From: Candidatus Zixiibacteriota bacterium
GTDB lineage: Bacteria; Zixibacteria; MSB-5A5; GN15; JAAZOE01
Reading direction: 5' to 3'
Assembly: GCA_043819555.1 (NCBI GenBank)
Contig: JBDREQ010000033.1
Coordinates: 1-37,658 of the forward strand
DNA: 37,658 nucleotides
The position numbers and the translations under genes were made by a program. Below, piece after piece: positions 9,501-19,349 of this stretch. The notes beneath the pieces were generated by a model. That model had not been told where the DNA came from. It made no database searches and saw nothing but the letters and a program-made list of their open reading frames with translations. Every line of letters begins with the position of its first letter. Positions within the stretch are counted from its first letter, which is position 1.

Positions 9501-12500
9501 AGGCAACGGTGCAGAAACGGGCGGGGATCCGGACGGTGGTGGTACTACTCCAGATACCGAAGATCCTGATTATGACGGATTTGAACAGGTTAACAGTTAT
9601 TTCTCATATAGTATAGATTTGTCGGATACCACACAGTTTGAGGTTAGTGGAACGCGCAATGAATATAACTGGCGGACAATTCGTATTCCGCTGCGGGATC
9701 CAATCTCAATAGATACCATTATTGGCGAACCGGTATGGGAGAATATTCATTTCGCGCGCATCTGGTTTGACGGGGCGGATGAAAATCGTCTGGAGAATCC
9801 ATACGTCATCCGGATTGCGGATATTGATTTAGTTTCGACAACCTGGGGTGATTCTCTGTTTATAGCGGATTCCATCAGAAGCGGACCGGTTGGTTTTGAT
9901 GTTGCTGTTATCAATGATGAAGTCGATGAACGATATACTCCTCCTCCCAATGTAGAAGGCTATTTTGATCCATCACGAGATGTCACTGAGGCCGAACAAT
10001 CTTTATTATTATCATACTCCAATCTAAATGCCAGAGTCATGGTGCATTCTCCGGATTCGGGTTTTGTCCTGGCGGCGGATACCGGGCTGGCGGTGCGGAA
10101 GTTCTACCGAGCCAGCAATTTTATGGGTTATGGCCATCTCAAAGCTTTCGTTCACGGCGGAGACAATGCCGATGAAGATTCGGTCATGTTTTTCTTCAGA
10201 GTTGGCGGCGCAAATCATTCCTATTATGAATACCGTACGATCCTTAAACCGGGGTGGCATAATGATAATCATGTCGATATTGATTTTGATAAAATCACGG
10301 GGCTGAAAGCGAAAATAATTGAGGATTATAAGAACGGCTCGGATTCATCGCTGGCTCGAACTGACGAAACGGGAAAATATTTTGTAAAGGTCCGCAGTTC
10401 TTTGCGCGAACCGTCTTTGACCAATATCCAATACTTCTCCATGGGTGTAATTAATCTTGACACAACCAAAGCCGCAAGCGGTGAAGTCTGGGTTGATGAG
10501 CTGCGTTTGACTGATGTGCGTGACGATGTAGGAATGGCGGCCAGCGTCAGCGTCAGCGGAAATTTATCGGACCTGGTGACCTATAATATGAGTTATTCCA
10601 ATCAGGACGCCTATTACCGGGGAGTTTCATCGGCAACAAAGGGAGGGGCCGCCAACAATCTGGGTTCGGGAACAACCAAGAAAAGTTATTCATTTTCCGG
10701 GTCGTTACGTTTGGAAAAGTTCTTCCCTCGTTCTCTTGAGCTAAGGATTCCCTTAAGCTTTAACTGGTCGCAGTCAGTTCAGGAGCCTTTATTGCGATCG
10801 GGCACAGACATTACCGTACCAGATGAATTGAAGAAAATTGAAACAGCTGTCACCGTTAATAAGGGATTTAGCGTTTCTCAATCTTTCAACAAGAAGACAA
10901 AAAACATCCTTTTCGCGGCCTTCCTCAATCGTTTGAAGACGAAATTCAGATATAATGTTTCGAAAGGACATTCCGCCAATCAGCCGTATTTTTTTCGTGA
11001 AAACTATTCAGCAGATGCCTCATTCTCACTGTCGGTTAAAAATGTTCCCAAGATACAGCCATTGTTCTGGATGAAACCCTTTAAGGTTCCATTCGGAATT
11101 CCCCGGACTAATTTATATCTGTATCCGACTCAATTTGAAGTAAGCGGATCGATGGACAGCAAATTCTCTCAGTCCTTGAATCAAACCGGCGCCAATCCAA
11201 CGACGATTCGTCGTGATTTTAGAGGCAGTTTGAGAACGACATTCAAAATCTTCGACAATCTAACCGGCGGTTTTAACTTCAGTACCAATCGAGATTTGAT
11301 TGACCCCAAAACGGTTAATATAACTTTTAATCCCAAGGAATTCAAGTTGGGGGTCGAGCAGAGTTATCGGCAGGATTTCAAAGCCAATTATCAGCCGAAA
11401 ATATTTAATTTCCTGACCCACAAAATAGACTATTCGACAAATTATACGGATACATATCGTAGCAGTCAAAATACCGGTCAATACCATAGCGCTTCGAATA
11501 ATTTAAATATCAATTTAAATCTGTCTTTGAAGCATGAATCGTTATTTGGAACCAATAAAAGATCGCGGGGTGTTCGGCGGACCGCTAGTGAAGGAGGCGG
11601 TTCGGTATTTGGCGTTTTTGGAAAAGCTCTGACCGGTTTCAGGTATATAACCGACGCGATAAAACCCGTTTCGGTTAAATTTGGCGTGGGGCGCAGCCTG
11701 GCCTATCCGTCCATATCGCAAAAGGCCAATTTAAAATTCAGATTTGGTTTTTCCGAGGATCCCGGAGTCGAGCAAGTTTCCATTAACTCCGGTACTGTGC
11801 GCCAATCCAAATCGATAAGTCGATCGATGAGCGCCAATTCGGGGGTTAGTTTATTCTCAGGAATTAGCGCGGATGTCAAATATAATCGTTCTGAACGCGA
11901 AACATTTTTGACAAGTCCAACGATATCTATAAGTCAAACATGGCCGGATATTGATTTCAATTTCAGGTCCATCAAAGGCCTTTGGGTCATCGGAAAATTC
12001 TTGAATAAAATATCGCCAAGCTGCAAATTTACGCGGACGACATCTACAAAGCAAAGGAAAAACGAACCTCATCCTCATAATGAAAATATCGTTGAATCAT
12101 TTTCGCCTCTGTTTTCATTTTCATTCGTGATGTTTAAGGCCATGCGATCATCGGTCAGGATCGAAACAAGCAAGACTACGGCCAAAAATATTAACGGCAC
12201 CTTCGGCAATGTAACCGACATAACCAAGCGGGGTCAGAAGAGTATTTCATTTAAGACGGCTTATTCATTTACAAGTCCGCGCGGGATTAAATTGCCGATT
12301 TTTGGCCGTTTGAAATTTCAATCACAATTATCTCTGTCGCTTGATGTGTCATACAAGAAGAATAAATCCGAAAGCGCCAAAGAAACGGGCGGATATAAAT
12401 TCAATCTTACCGAAGATATAACAAATCTCGCGATTTCACCACAGGCATCGTACAGTTTTTCGACAACGGTCAAGGGAGGTCTTCGGGCCCGGTGGCAGGA

Positions 12501-12573
12501 TAGCAGCAATGCAAGAAATCGCACAAAGACACACACGCGCGAACTCGGCATCTGGGTTGAAATGAGATTCTAA
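6505..12573 (+). CDS. sprA: SprA/Sov-family large outer-membrane beta-barrel (type IX secretion translocon homolog)
   Basis: 2022 aa with a signal peptide; SprA-like motifs (FESIFG, IEAGNTTLNLP...GLFGIK, YIDDFE, IDLGRITED, GEVWVDELRL); alternating beta strands; C-terminal Phe. Confidence 0.85.
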   Translation: MIKRLNKLIISIIPVILGVLCLCVAAQAAPPQFRGSLRYPTNMFAPFPEGRSPEFRKRLVATISPADNVLLMNLRFGKQYEFEYDLSDFSVTYTKLLRDNSKLTPVTSEYGIFVTRRLESNLGELRYESTRGSLAKDQRNKAGGLFQISIPIPSRAFESIFGEGGASLKVSGYRKISFLGRSTWTDKPQTAFNRQSKFPTLQMEQIYRFDIEGTIGSKISVKVSQDSRNDIPLANKLILRYRGHDDDVLQTIEAGNTTLNLPSTKFLAYSSRVQGLFGIKATAQLADLSITAIVSQEKGTTESIEISAGGSSSATKIIKDIEYKKNTIFDLGRKPLIRSLSDNLPEPDKYDFAPRDSITKIIVYVDDNTNDDTQRFSRQFGICYIDPQDTTSDDPTGVEYRKEGYFEVMEEIDYFMNPTEHYIHFIRRSLDTRDLMAVYMEIYRSATGLIDTIGSVSDTLRLKLIKPVSITTANHHVWEYQWKNVYSLGGTNLELSEIDVNIYKGNPVGGAVDPDDLPNQDGIPYLQILGLNRGDNFGNKPLDEDIDRAVYIDEILGLLFFPTRHPFNSRFVLDTLGDTLVYVPGGEIPANSIALKDSIPEIYNSPQIGIQQQSSGYYMAVSTKGRGQSEISLNAANIIEGSEVVTWNGQRLTRGTDYRIDTDFGRLTLLDEKYTDINSNLSIMFEKAPFFSLAKKSLFGTRIEYAPSNDFKAGATVLYKSDKSTNRKPKVGEETSKTLVWDADLRYRFENQLITKALNVLPFFSSESPSNMQISAELAQSRPNPNVDGQVYIDDFEGSRDNFSLGIFRGIWRHASKPVQIDDSLNIRGKVAWHNPKEQISINEIYPQRDIGTGEQAGTNILEIQYKPVDYYIRESAVDSAAIDTLPVEPELTWNGFMRNIPEGAVSQLTHAQLLEMRIKGDVGIMHIDLGRITEDINGDGRLTDEDRDGLKFLDEGEDVGIDGNPDAAELGYDPDNGITDPAGDNFNNDDIWRINGTEGNGAETGGDPDGGGTTPDTEDPDYDGFEQVNSYFSYSIDLSDTTQFEVSGTRNEYNWRTIRIPLRDPISIDTIIGEPVWENIHFARIWFDGADENRLENPYVIRIADIDLVSTTWGDSLFIADSIRSGPVGFDVAVINDEVDERYTPPPNVEGYFDPSRDVTEAEQSLLLSYSNLNARVMVHSPDSGFVLAADTGLAVRKFYRASNFMGYGHLKAFVHGGDNADEDSVMFFFRVGGANHSYYEYRTILKPGWHNDNHVDIDFDKITGLKAKIIEDYKNGSDSSLARTDETGKYFVKVRSSLREPSLTNIQYFSMGVINLDTTKAASGEVWVDELRLTDVRDDVGMAASVSVSGNLSDLVTYNMSYSNQDAYYRGVSSATKGGAANNLGSGTTKKSYSFSGSLRLEKFFPRSLELRIPLSFNWSQSVQEPLLRSGTDITVPDELKKIETAVTVNKGFSVSQSFNKKTKNILFAAFLNRLKTKFRYNVSKGHSANQPYFFRENYSADASFSLSVKNVPKIQPLFWMKPFKVPFGIPRTNLYLYPTQFEVSGSMDSKFSQSLNQTGANPTTIRRDFRGSLRTTFKIFDNLTGGFNFSTNRDLIDPKTVNITFNPKEFKLGVEQSYRQDFKANYQPKIFNFLTHKIDYSTNYTDTYRSSQNTGQYHSASNNLNINLNLSLKHESLFGTNKRSRGVRRTASEGGGSVFGVFGKALTGFRYITDAIKPVSVKFGVGRSLAYPSISQKANLKFRFGFSEDPGVEQVSINSGTVRQSKSISRSMSANSGVSLFSGISADVKYNRSERETFLTSPTISISQTWPDIDFNFRSIKGLWVIGKFLNKISPSCKFTRTTSTKQRKNEPHPHNENIVESFSPLFSFSFVMFKAMRSSVRIETSKTTAKNINGTFGNVTDITKRGQKSISFKTAYSFTSPRGIKLPIFGRLKFQSQLSLSLDVSYKKNKSESAKETGGYKFNLTEDITNLAISPQASYSFSTTVKGGLRARWQDSSNARNRTKTHTRELGIWVEMRF

Positions 12574-12681
12574 CTTAATCCGGGAGTTTTTTCAGGCAGC
12601 AATGAAAATCTGTATAGCGCCTCTTCAACTATTGCATTATATTGGTTCCTGACCATCACCGCAAAAAAACGGAATAAACCA

Positions 12682-14064
12682 ATGTCAAAAAATAAATCCA
12701 ATTTATTTTCAGGCTTGCGGGATTTTCCCTCAGTCGAAATTCTATCGGGGCATTCCTTAATAAAATCTTTCCATAGTAATGTCCCGAAACCTTTAATCCT
12801 GACAATAATCAAGGAAACGGTAGCGAATGAAAAGGAAAGGTTTCGGGCCGGCGACAAATCGATAAATATCGATAAACTTATCGAATTGATATGTGGAGAG
12901 CTAAATAAGCTGAACCACCAAATTCTGAGACCGGTCATAAACGGTACCGGGATAATTGTACATACCAATCTAGGGCGGGCTCCATTGGCAAAAAGTCAGA
13001 TAAAAGATGCTGTGGAAATGGCCTGCGGGTATAGTAATCTTGAATATGATACTATTACGGGACAACGGGGTAAGCGCGGGATTTTGGTCGAGCATCTTCT
13101 GGCGTCACTATGTGGTACCGAAGGCGGCACCATGGTCAACAATAACGCCGCGGCGCTGTTTGTGATATTAAATACATTCGCCAACCGCAAAGAGGTGATA
13201 ATATCTCGGGGGGAATTAGTTCAGATCGGCGGCGGTTTTAAGATTCCTGAGATTATGACTCGAGCCGGAGTTAAATTAATAGAAGTAGGAACGACCAATC
13301 GAACATCATTGAATGATTATAAAAAGGCCATAACTTCTAAAACCAGAATGATACTCAAAGTTCATCGATCCAATTTCATTCAAAGCGGGTTTGTCGAGGA
13401 AGCAACAATAAATAATTTGGCCGGACTATGCCGCGAGAATAACATATTATTAGCTCATGATCTTGGATCAGGGTTGATATCATTGCCGCAAGGATTAAAA
13501 ATAAAAAATGAACCACTCGTTTCTGATGCGATCCGTGCTGGAGCAGATTTAACCTGTTTTTCGGGCGATAAACTTCTTGGAGCGGTCCAGGCAGGTTTAA
13601 TTGTCGGATCTGAAAATCTAATTAAGAAAATAAAAAGCAATCCCATTTTCCGAACGATCCGTTGCGATAAAATATCTTTTGCCGTGATGGCCAAAGTACT
13701 ATCGTCATATTTGCATGGCAATCATTTTAGTGAAATCCCGATCTGGATGATGATTGGCGCCACGCCGGCGGAATTGAAGAGGCGGGGCGAAGTGATTTTA
13801 AGCGCCGCGGGGAAGAATAATATGATTCTTCGGGCATCACACGCCTTTCTTGGAGGGGGGAGTACTCCGGAGCAGTCAATCCCGTCGCTGGTCATATCAA
13901 TCAAAACAAAATCAAATCCAAATAAATTGGCGGCTTCATTCAGGAATTTTTCACCGCCGATAATCGGCCGAGTTGAAAACGATGAATTCTTAATCGATTT
14001 ACGCACCGTATTTCCTGAACAGGACGGCGATATTGTTAACGCAATAACGCGGTTGGTAGTCTGA
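12682..14064 (+). CDS. selA: L-seryl-tRNA(Sec) selenium transferase
   Basis: Motifs RPVINGTGIIVHTNLGRAP, VNNNAAA, SRGELVQIGGGFKIP, EVGTTNRT and FSGDKLLG (PLP lysine). Confidence 0.97.
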   Translation: MSKNKSNLFSGLRDFPSVEILSGHSLIKSFHSNVPKPLILTIIKETVANEKERFRAGDKSINIDKLIELICGELNKLNHQILRPVINGTGIIVHTNLGRAPLAKSQIKDAVEMACGYSNLEYDTITGQRGKRGILVEHLLASLCGTEGGTMVNNNAAALFVILNTFANRKEVIISRGELVQIGGGFKIPEIMTRAGVKLIEVGTTNRTSLNDYKKAITSKTRMILKVHRSNFIQSGFVEEATINNLAGLCRENNILLAHDLGSGLISLPQGLKIKNEPLVSDAIRAGADLTCFSGDKLLGAVQAGLIVGSENLIKKIKSNPIFRTIRCDKISFAVMAKVLSSYLHGNHFSEIPIWMMIGATPAELKRRGEVILSAAGKNNMILRASHAFLGGGSTPEQSIPSLVISIKTKSNPNKLAASFRNFSPPIIGRVENDEFLIDLRTVFPEQDGDIVNAITRLVV

Positions 14065-14066
14065 CC

Positions 14067-15965
14067 ATGTTTGTCCTGGGAACGGCCGGTCATATTGATC
14101 ATGGAAAATCTTCATTAATTGAAGCCTTGACCGGAATCGATCCGGATCGCTTGCCGGAAGAAAAAAAGCGGGGGATGACCATTGATCTTGGGTTTGCATG
14201 GATGAAACTTCCCAATGGCGAAGAAATTGGCCTGGTTGATGTCCCTGGTCATGAACGATTTGTGAAGAATATGGTAGCCGGAGCGGGGGGAATAAACGCC
14301 GCCCTTTTAGTTATTGCGGCGGATGATGGGTGGATGCCTCAAACCCAGGAACATTTTGATATTCTGAAACTTCTCAACCTGAAATATGGCATAATAGCAT
14401 TGACTAAAACTGATCTGGTAGAACCCGATTGGGTCGAACTGATAACATCGGATATTAAAGAAAAAGTCAAAGCATCATTTTTGGAAAACGCCCCAGTCAT
14501 CCCCTGCTCATCAAAAACCGGGGCAGGCATCCCCGCAATTATAGGCGGGGTCAGCGAGGTGGCCGCAAAAATTAAAGAAGTCGAAGATATTGGAAGGTCG
14601 CGTTTATTTATCGACAGGTCTTTTGTCCTGACCGGGATTGGTATCGTCATAACTGGTACCAGTCGGGGAGGAGGATTTTCGGCCGACAGTGAAGTCTATC
14701 ATTTCCCCTCCGGCAATAAATTACGCATCAGATCATTGCAATCTCATGAAAGACAGGTTGAGAGAGTCGGACCAGGAACGAGAGTGGCAATCAATTTAAC
14801 CGGGGTTGATAAAGAAGAAGTCAAAAGAGGCGATGTCATATGCGGCTTTTCATATAAAAAAAAGCCGGAAATCTTCGCGGCGAATATTTCAAATCTTGAT
14901 AACTCGGCTCTTGTATTGAGCGAGGGAAGAAAAGTACTTCTAATATATGGAACGACGGAAGTGGAGGCCATTTTAAGACCGATTTCTAATTCGGGCATTA
15001 AGCCGGGTGAGACCGGGCTGGCGGTTATAAAGGCACTGATCCCCGTATGCGCATTTATTGGCGATCATTTTATTTTACGCCTGCCGACTCCTCAGGTCAC
15101 GATTGGCGGGGGCAAAATACTGGATATACTTGAATTCATGCCTCGACGCAAAGATCTGAGTTTACTGGAACCTGCCTGGGCACGAAGGATCGATGGCGAT
15201 CTTGAGCAATTGGCATTAACCGAGCTTGATAAACAACTGTTTATGACCTTCGAAGACTTGCTTTATTATTCCAATTTTTCGGAAAAACAAATTTCTGACA
15301 CACTAAATTCTCTTGAAAGATCAGGGCTAATAAAGAGATTTGGCAATTATATTGGCATGGCCGAAAGGCTGCACGATCTGACTCAAAATATTCATGAGAT
15401 GCTGGATAAGCTGCATAAGAAAAAATCATATTTGAGAGGAATGACCGGGGAAGAAATCGCCAGGAGGCTAAAGCAATCGTTTGACTCTCAGTTTGGCCTG
15501 CTGCTAAAATATTCTGAAAATGAAAATAAAATTGGACGTGCAAATCAATTCTATCATTTACCCGGATTCAAACCATCCCTGGATGATGCGATGCGCAGCC
15601 AATCGGAAAAAATAATGGGAGTTGTTAAAACGGCCGGACATAGTTATTTGACGATATCTGAAATCGAAAATAAATTTGAAAATAGTCGCCGGACAATAAA
15701 TTTCCTGAGGGACGAGGGAAAAATCCGGATTGTGACTCCTGATTTTATTTTGGGTTCAGATTTATGGAAAGAAATTCTTGATTATCTCGAAAAAAGATTT
15801 AACAATGATGGGAAGTTGACATTGGCCGAAGTTCGAAATCATTTCCGGACAACGCGCAAATATGCCCTTCCGCTTTTGGAATTTCTAGATCACATCAAAA
15901 TAACTAAGCGCGATGGGGATTATCGCATCAAAGGAGCATGTTTCGATGAACGCCATTCTCTATAA
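14067..15965 (+). CDS. selB: Selenocysteine-specific elongation factor
   Basis: Motifs GTAGHIDHGKS, RGMTIDLGFA, DVPGHERF and a C-terminal SECIS-binding winged helix TRKYALPLLEFLD. Starts 2 nt after selA. Confidence 0.97.
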   Translation: MFVLGTAGHIDHGKSSLIEALTGIDPDRLPEEKKRGMTIDLGFAWMKLPNGEEIGLVDVPGHERFVKNMVAGAGGINAALLVIAADDGWMPQTQEHFDILKLLNLKYGIIALTKTDLVEPDWVELITSDIKEKVKASFLENAPVIPCSSKTGAGIPAIIGGVSEVAAKIKEVEDIGRSRLFIDRSFVLTGIGIVITGTSRGGGFSADSEVYHFPSGNKLRIRSLQSHERQVERVGPGTRVAINLTGVDKEEVKRGDVICGFSYKKKPEIFAANISNLDNSALVLSEGRKVLLIYGTTEVEAILRPISNSGIKPGETGLAVIKALIPVCAFIGDHFILRLPTPQVTIGGGKILDILEFMPRRKDLSLLEPAWARRIDGDLEQLALTELDKQLFMTFEDLLYYSNFSEKQISDTLNSLERSGLIKRFGNYIGMAERLHDLTQNIHEMLDKLHKKKSYLRGMTGEEIARRLKQSFDSQFGLLLKYSENENKIGRANQFYHLPGFKPSLDDAMRSQSEKIMGVVKTAGHSYLTISEIENKFENSRRTINFLRDEGKIRIVTPDFILGSDLWKEILDYLEKRFNNDGKLTLAEVRNHFRTTRKYALPLLEFLDHIKITKRDGDYRIKGACFDERHSL

Positions 15966-17535
15966 CGGACAGATTTATCCACAGTATCGAATATCTCGAC
16001 GGCCTGCCGTCCTGGTAATTACTGGTGGGAGGATAGCCGTTGTTGGTAATGATTTGACGAAAATTAAACGGGATTATCCCCAACATAAGAAAATAAATTT
16101 AAAAGGAAAAACGGTTATTCCCGGAATGGTTGACAGCCACACGCATTTCTATTTCTGGGCCAAAACATATCACTCGGTTCATCTGGATGGCATTGAATCG
16201 TATGATGAGGCTCTCAGGGAAATTAAATCTCATACCTCCAAAATTCCTGACGGCGAGTGGGTCATTGGTGATGGCTGGTCGGCAGATCGTTGGGATACAT
16301 ATCATTTGCCAACGGCAAAGGAGCTTGATGCCGTTACCGGTAATCATCCGGCTGGGTTATTCAGCAAGGACCAGCATACCATATGGGTTAATTCCAAAGC
16401 TTTGAAAATGGCCGGAATCGATAAAAACTATACCGATCCGCCGGGTGGGAAAATTGATCGTGATCCTGTGACAAAAGAGCCGTTGGGGATTCTGCGCGAG
16501 ACGCCGGCTTATTTCCCTGTTTATAAACTGATGAATCGGTCCGTTCCGAAACAGATTCAGAGATCGTGGAAAGCGGCTTCCCAAATTGCATATAGCAGAG
16601 GAGTGACCGGATTTCATTCGATGGATGGTCCTGAAGGATTTGATTTTTTTGAGAAATTGAATAACCGGAATAGACTGGGTTTTCGAGTTCATTATTATTA
16701 TCCGATCAAGATGCTTGATGAACTGATTGAACGGGGTATCCATAGTGAAATTGGCGATGATACGTTGCGGATTGGCGGAATCAAGATTTTCGCGGATGGC
16801 GCTTTGGGGTCACAGACGGCATTTATGAAAAAACCATATTTGGAATCAAAAAGTAACTTCGGTTTGGAAGTAACAAAATTCGCGGATTTAAAAAAGCAGA
16901 TAAAAAAAGCCGCCCAAAATAATCTCGCCTGTGCGGTACATGCCATTGGCGACCGGGCGGTATCAAATGTTATTTCGGCGTTTGAATGTGTTCCCAAAAG
17001 CAGTCTTCGCCACAGAATAGAACATCTTCAATTAATTGCCAAAGGGGACCTGGGGCGTTTGAAAAAGACCGGCGTTATCGCCTCAATGCAGCCGAGCCAT
17101 TGCCCTTCCGACCGTCAATTGATAACCGAATATTGGGGTAAACGAGGCCGAGGCGCCTTTATCTTCAAGACTCTTTTAAGCAAAAGAATCCCGTTGGCCT
17201 TTGGTTCGGATTGTCCAATCGAACCGCTTGATCCGCTTGCCGGAATCAGTTCTGCAGTTAACAGAACCGGTTTTGGCGAGCGGGGCGGCAAATTTTATCC
17301 GGAAGAATCAATATCGGTATCAAGTGCGGTTCATGGATTTACGGCCGGGCCAGCGTATGCCTGCGGACGGGAAAGTTTTTCCGGTAAAATAGCTCCAGGG
17401 TATCAAGCCGACGTGGTGATTCTTGAAGACAATATATATACGATGCCTAAATCAGAAATTTATAAGGCGTCAGTGGCGGCGACAATATTTGACGGCCGAC
17501 TTGTTTATCTAAATACCTGTTCAAAATTATTCTAA
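15946..17535 (+). CDS. Amidohydrolase family 3 (YtcJ-like) metal-dependent hydrolase
   Basis: Motifs PGMVDSHTH, KIFADGALGSQTA, VHAIGDRA, RIEH and FGSDCP. AGGAG upstream of the ATG at 15946 favours that start, which overlaps selB by 20 nt. Confidence 0.88.
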   Translation: MNAILYNGQIYPQYRISRRPAVLVITGGRIAVVGNDLTKIKRDYPQHKKINLKGKTVIPGMVDSHTHFYFWAKTYHSVHLDGIESYDEALREIKSHTSKIPDGEWVIGDGWSADRWDTYHLPTAKELDAVTGNHPAGLFSKDQHTIWVNSKALKMAGIDKNYTDPPGGKIDRDPVTKEPLGILRETPAYFPVYKLMNRSVPKQIQRSWKAASQIAYSRGVTGFHSMDGPEGFDFFEKLNNRNRLGFRVHYYYPIKMLDELIERGIHSEIGDDTLRIGGIKIFADGALGSQTAFMKKPYLESKSNFGLEVTKFADLKKQIKKAAQNNLACAVHAIGDRAVSNVISAFECVPKSSLRHRIEHLQLIAKGDLGRLKKTGVIASMQPSHCPSDRQLITEYWGKRGRGAFIFKTLLSKRIPLAFGSDCPIEPLDPLAGISSAVNRTGFGERGGKFYPEESISVSSAVHGFTAGPAYACGRESFSGKIAPGYQADVVILEDNIYTMPKSEIYKASVAATIFDGRLVYLNTCSKLF

Positions 17536-17630
17536 AATTTTTTCGGTTGCCTCAAATCCCCAATTATGGGCAATAAAAACTGCACCTCTAATCGTATATA
17601 GGTTTTTATTGCAACCATTGAATTTTTATT

Positions 17631-17659
17631 TTGATTTTGGCCGCCAATTAGTCTAATAT
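17631..17659 (+). promoter_or_regulatory. sigma70-type promoter for glnA
   Basis: TTGATT-N17-TAATAT. Confidence 0.5.
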
Positions 17660-17691
17660 TGCCTTTTGGTGAATTTTACAGGGAGATAAAA

Positions 17692-19017
17692 ATGGTTAAG
17701 ACAACTGAAGAGATTCTTGATCGTATTGACGCCGCCGGTGTGAAATACATCCGTCTCTGTTTTACTGATATTTTAGGGCGTATAAAAGGGATGGCTCTGA
17801 CGCGGTCGGAGATTCCGGAGGCTTTGGAAGGCGGGCAGGGTTTTGATGGTTCATCAATTGAAGGTTTTGTGCGCATTGAAGAATCGGATTTGATGGCAAT
17901 TCCCGACGTCAGGTCTTTCCGTATTATTCCCTGGCTCATCGGTGGGGAGCGCGTCGCGATGATGTTCTGCGATATTCAAACGCCAGACGGCCAGCCTTAC
18001 GATGGCGATCCCCGTTATGTTCTCAGGCGTACGCTGAAAAAAATATACGATAAAAACTGGACTTTCTATACCGGGCCGGAGATTGAGTATTTCTATTTCA
18101 AGGACGACCAGGCGCCGGAAATCATCGATAAAGGCGGTTATTTTGACTACAATACTGTTGATATAAGCACTACCTTGAGGAAGAAAACCGTTAACGCTCT
18201 TGAGAGTATCGGAATCCCGGTGGAATGCTCGCATCATGAGGTTGCCCCCTCACAGCAGGAAATTGACCTGAAATACCAGGATGCGCTGGTGATGGCGGAT
18301 TTCGCACAGCTTTATAAGTTTATCGTTAAGGAAATCGCGCAGGATAACGGATATTATGCCACGTTTATGCCGAAGCCTCTTTTTGGTGAAAACGGTTCGG
18401 GCATGCATACTCATATGTCAATCTTTGAAAACGGCCGTAATCTGTTTTTTGACGGCGATAAGCCATATCATCTGTCCGATATGGCCCGACATTTTATGGC
18501 TGGAGTCCTAAAACATATTAGCGAAATAACGCTTATTACCAATCAATGGGTTAATTCGTATAAGAGGCTTGTCACGGGATATGAAGCTCCGGTCTATATA
18601 TCCTGGGGACGCCGCAATCGGTCATCGCTTGTGCGCGTTCCGATGTATCGTGTGGGGAAAGAAAAATCGACCCGGATCGAACTTCGCTCTCCCGATCCGG
18701 CCTGCAATCCATATTTATCTTTCGCGGTTATACTTGCGGCCGGCATGAAAGGGCTTGAGAAAAAATATAAATTACCCGAGCCGGTTGAACAGAACATTTT
18801 CCATATGTCTCCGGATGAGCGGAAAAAGATGAATATTAAATCTCTGCCAGCTTCTCTGGAAGAAGCAATTTCCGCGACTGAAAAGTCGGAGCTGGTTCGG
18901 GAGACACTGGGCAACGATCTGTTTGAGAGATTTTTGGCCAACAAACGAATCGAATGGGACGATCACCGTATTCGAGTTTCGCAATATGAGATAAAAAAAT
19001 ATTTGCCTTTTTTGTAA
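17692..19017 (+). CDS. glnA: Glutamine synthetase type I (GSI-alpha-like)
   Basis: Motifs FDGSSIEGF, HHEVAPSQQEI, ATFMPKP, NGSGMHTH, NRSSLVRVP and RIELRSPDPACNPY. AGGGAG RBS before the ATG at 17692. Confidence 0.95.
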   Translation: MVKTTEEILDRIDAAGVKYIRLCFTDILGRIKGMALTRSEIPEALEGGQGFDGSSIEGFVRIEESDLMAIPDVRSFRIIPWLIGGERVAMMFCDIQTPDGQPYDGDPRYVLRRTLKKIYDKNWTFYTGPEIEYFYFKDDQAPEIIDKGGYFDYNTVDISTTLRKKTVNALESIGIPVECSHHEVAPSQQEIDLKYQDALVMADFAQLYKFIVKEIAQDNGYYATFMPKPLFGENGSGMHTHMSIFENGRNLFFDGDKPYHLSDMARHFMAGVLKHISEITLITNQWVNSYKRLVTGYEAPVYISWGRRNRSSLVRVPMYRVGKEKSTRIELRSPDPACNPYLSFAVILAAGMKGLEKKYKLPEPVEQNIFHMSPDERKKMNIKSLPASLEEAISATEKSELVRETLGNDLFERFLANKRIEWDDHRIRVSQYEIKKYLPFL

Positions 19018-19349
19018 GAAGTGGCTCACAGGCAGGATTCTCAATTTGTATGAATTGTCCGCAGTCAATCGGTTCCCGGCGGCATTAGAAACCAGAAAAT
19101 TGATTTGGATAAAACAAGAAAAAATCTGAAGCCAAAAGCCTATCTCTTTGCTGGTTAATAAATTATGACAATTAATTAAATTTTTAATTTAGAAATTGAT
19201 AAATTCTGTTTCGTCCAAAAAAATCGATAAAGTAATTGAATATAAATATGGAAAAATCATATTTTTTTGTTATTTTGTAAATCTGGTTATGTAATTGCAT
19301 GAGGCAAGTTAAACGGATTTTTGCAGTCAAATCAGAGGGATAAACTCGG

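Noticed and set aside
12602..12652. 16-codon UGA-ending uORF before selA as a Sec-sensing leader
   Set aside because: There is no clear RBS, and the downstream hairpin (ccg-caaaaaaa-cgg) is weak and lacks the G-containing apical loop of a bacterial SECIS.
12574..17691. tRNA-Sec (selC) or a hidden selenoprotein near selAB
   Set aside because: No cloverleaf is visible in the intergenic gaps, and the UGA-ending genes appear to have complete C-termini.
19018..19349. ZMP/ZTP or purine riboswitch upstream of purN-purC-purH
   Set aside because: I could not find the conserved motifs; the region is mostly AT-rich. An Rfam scan would settle it.
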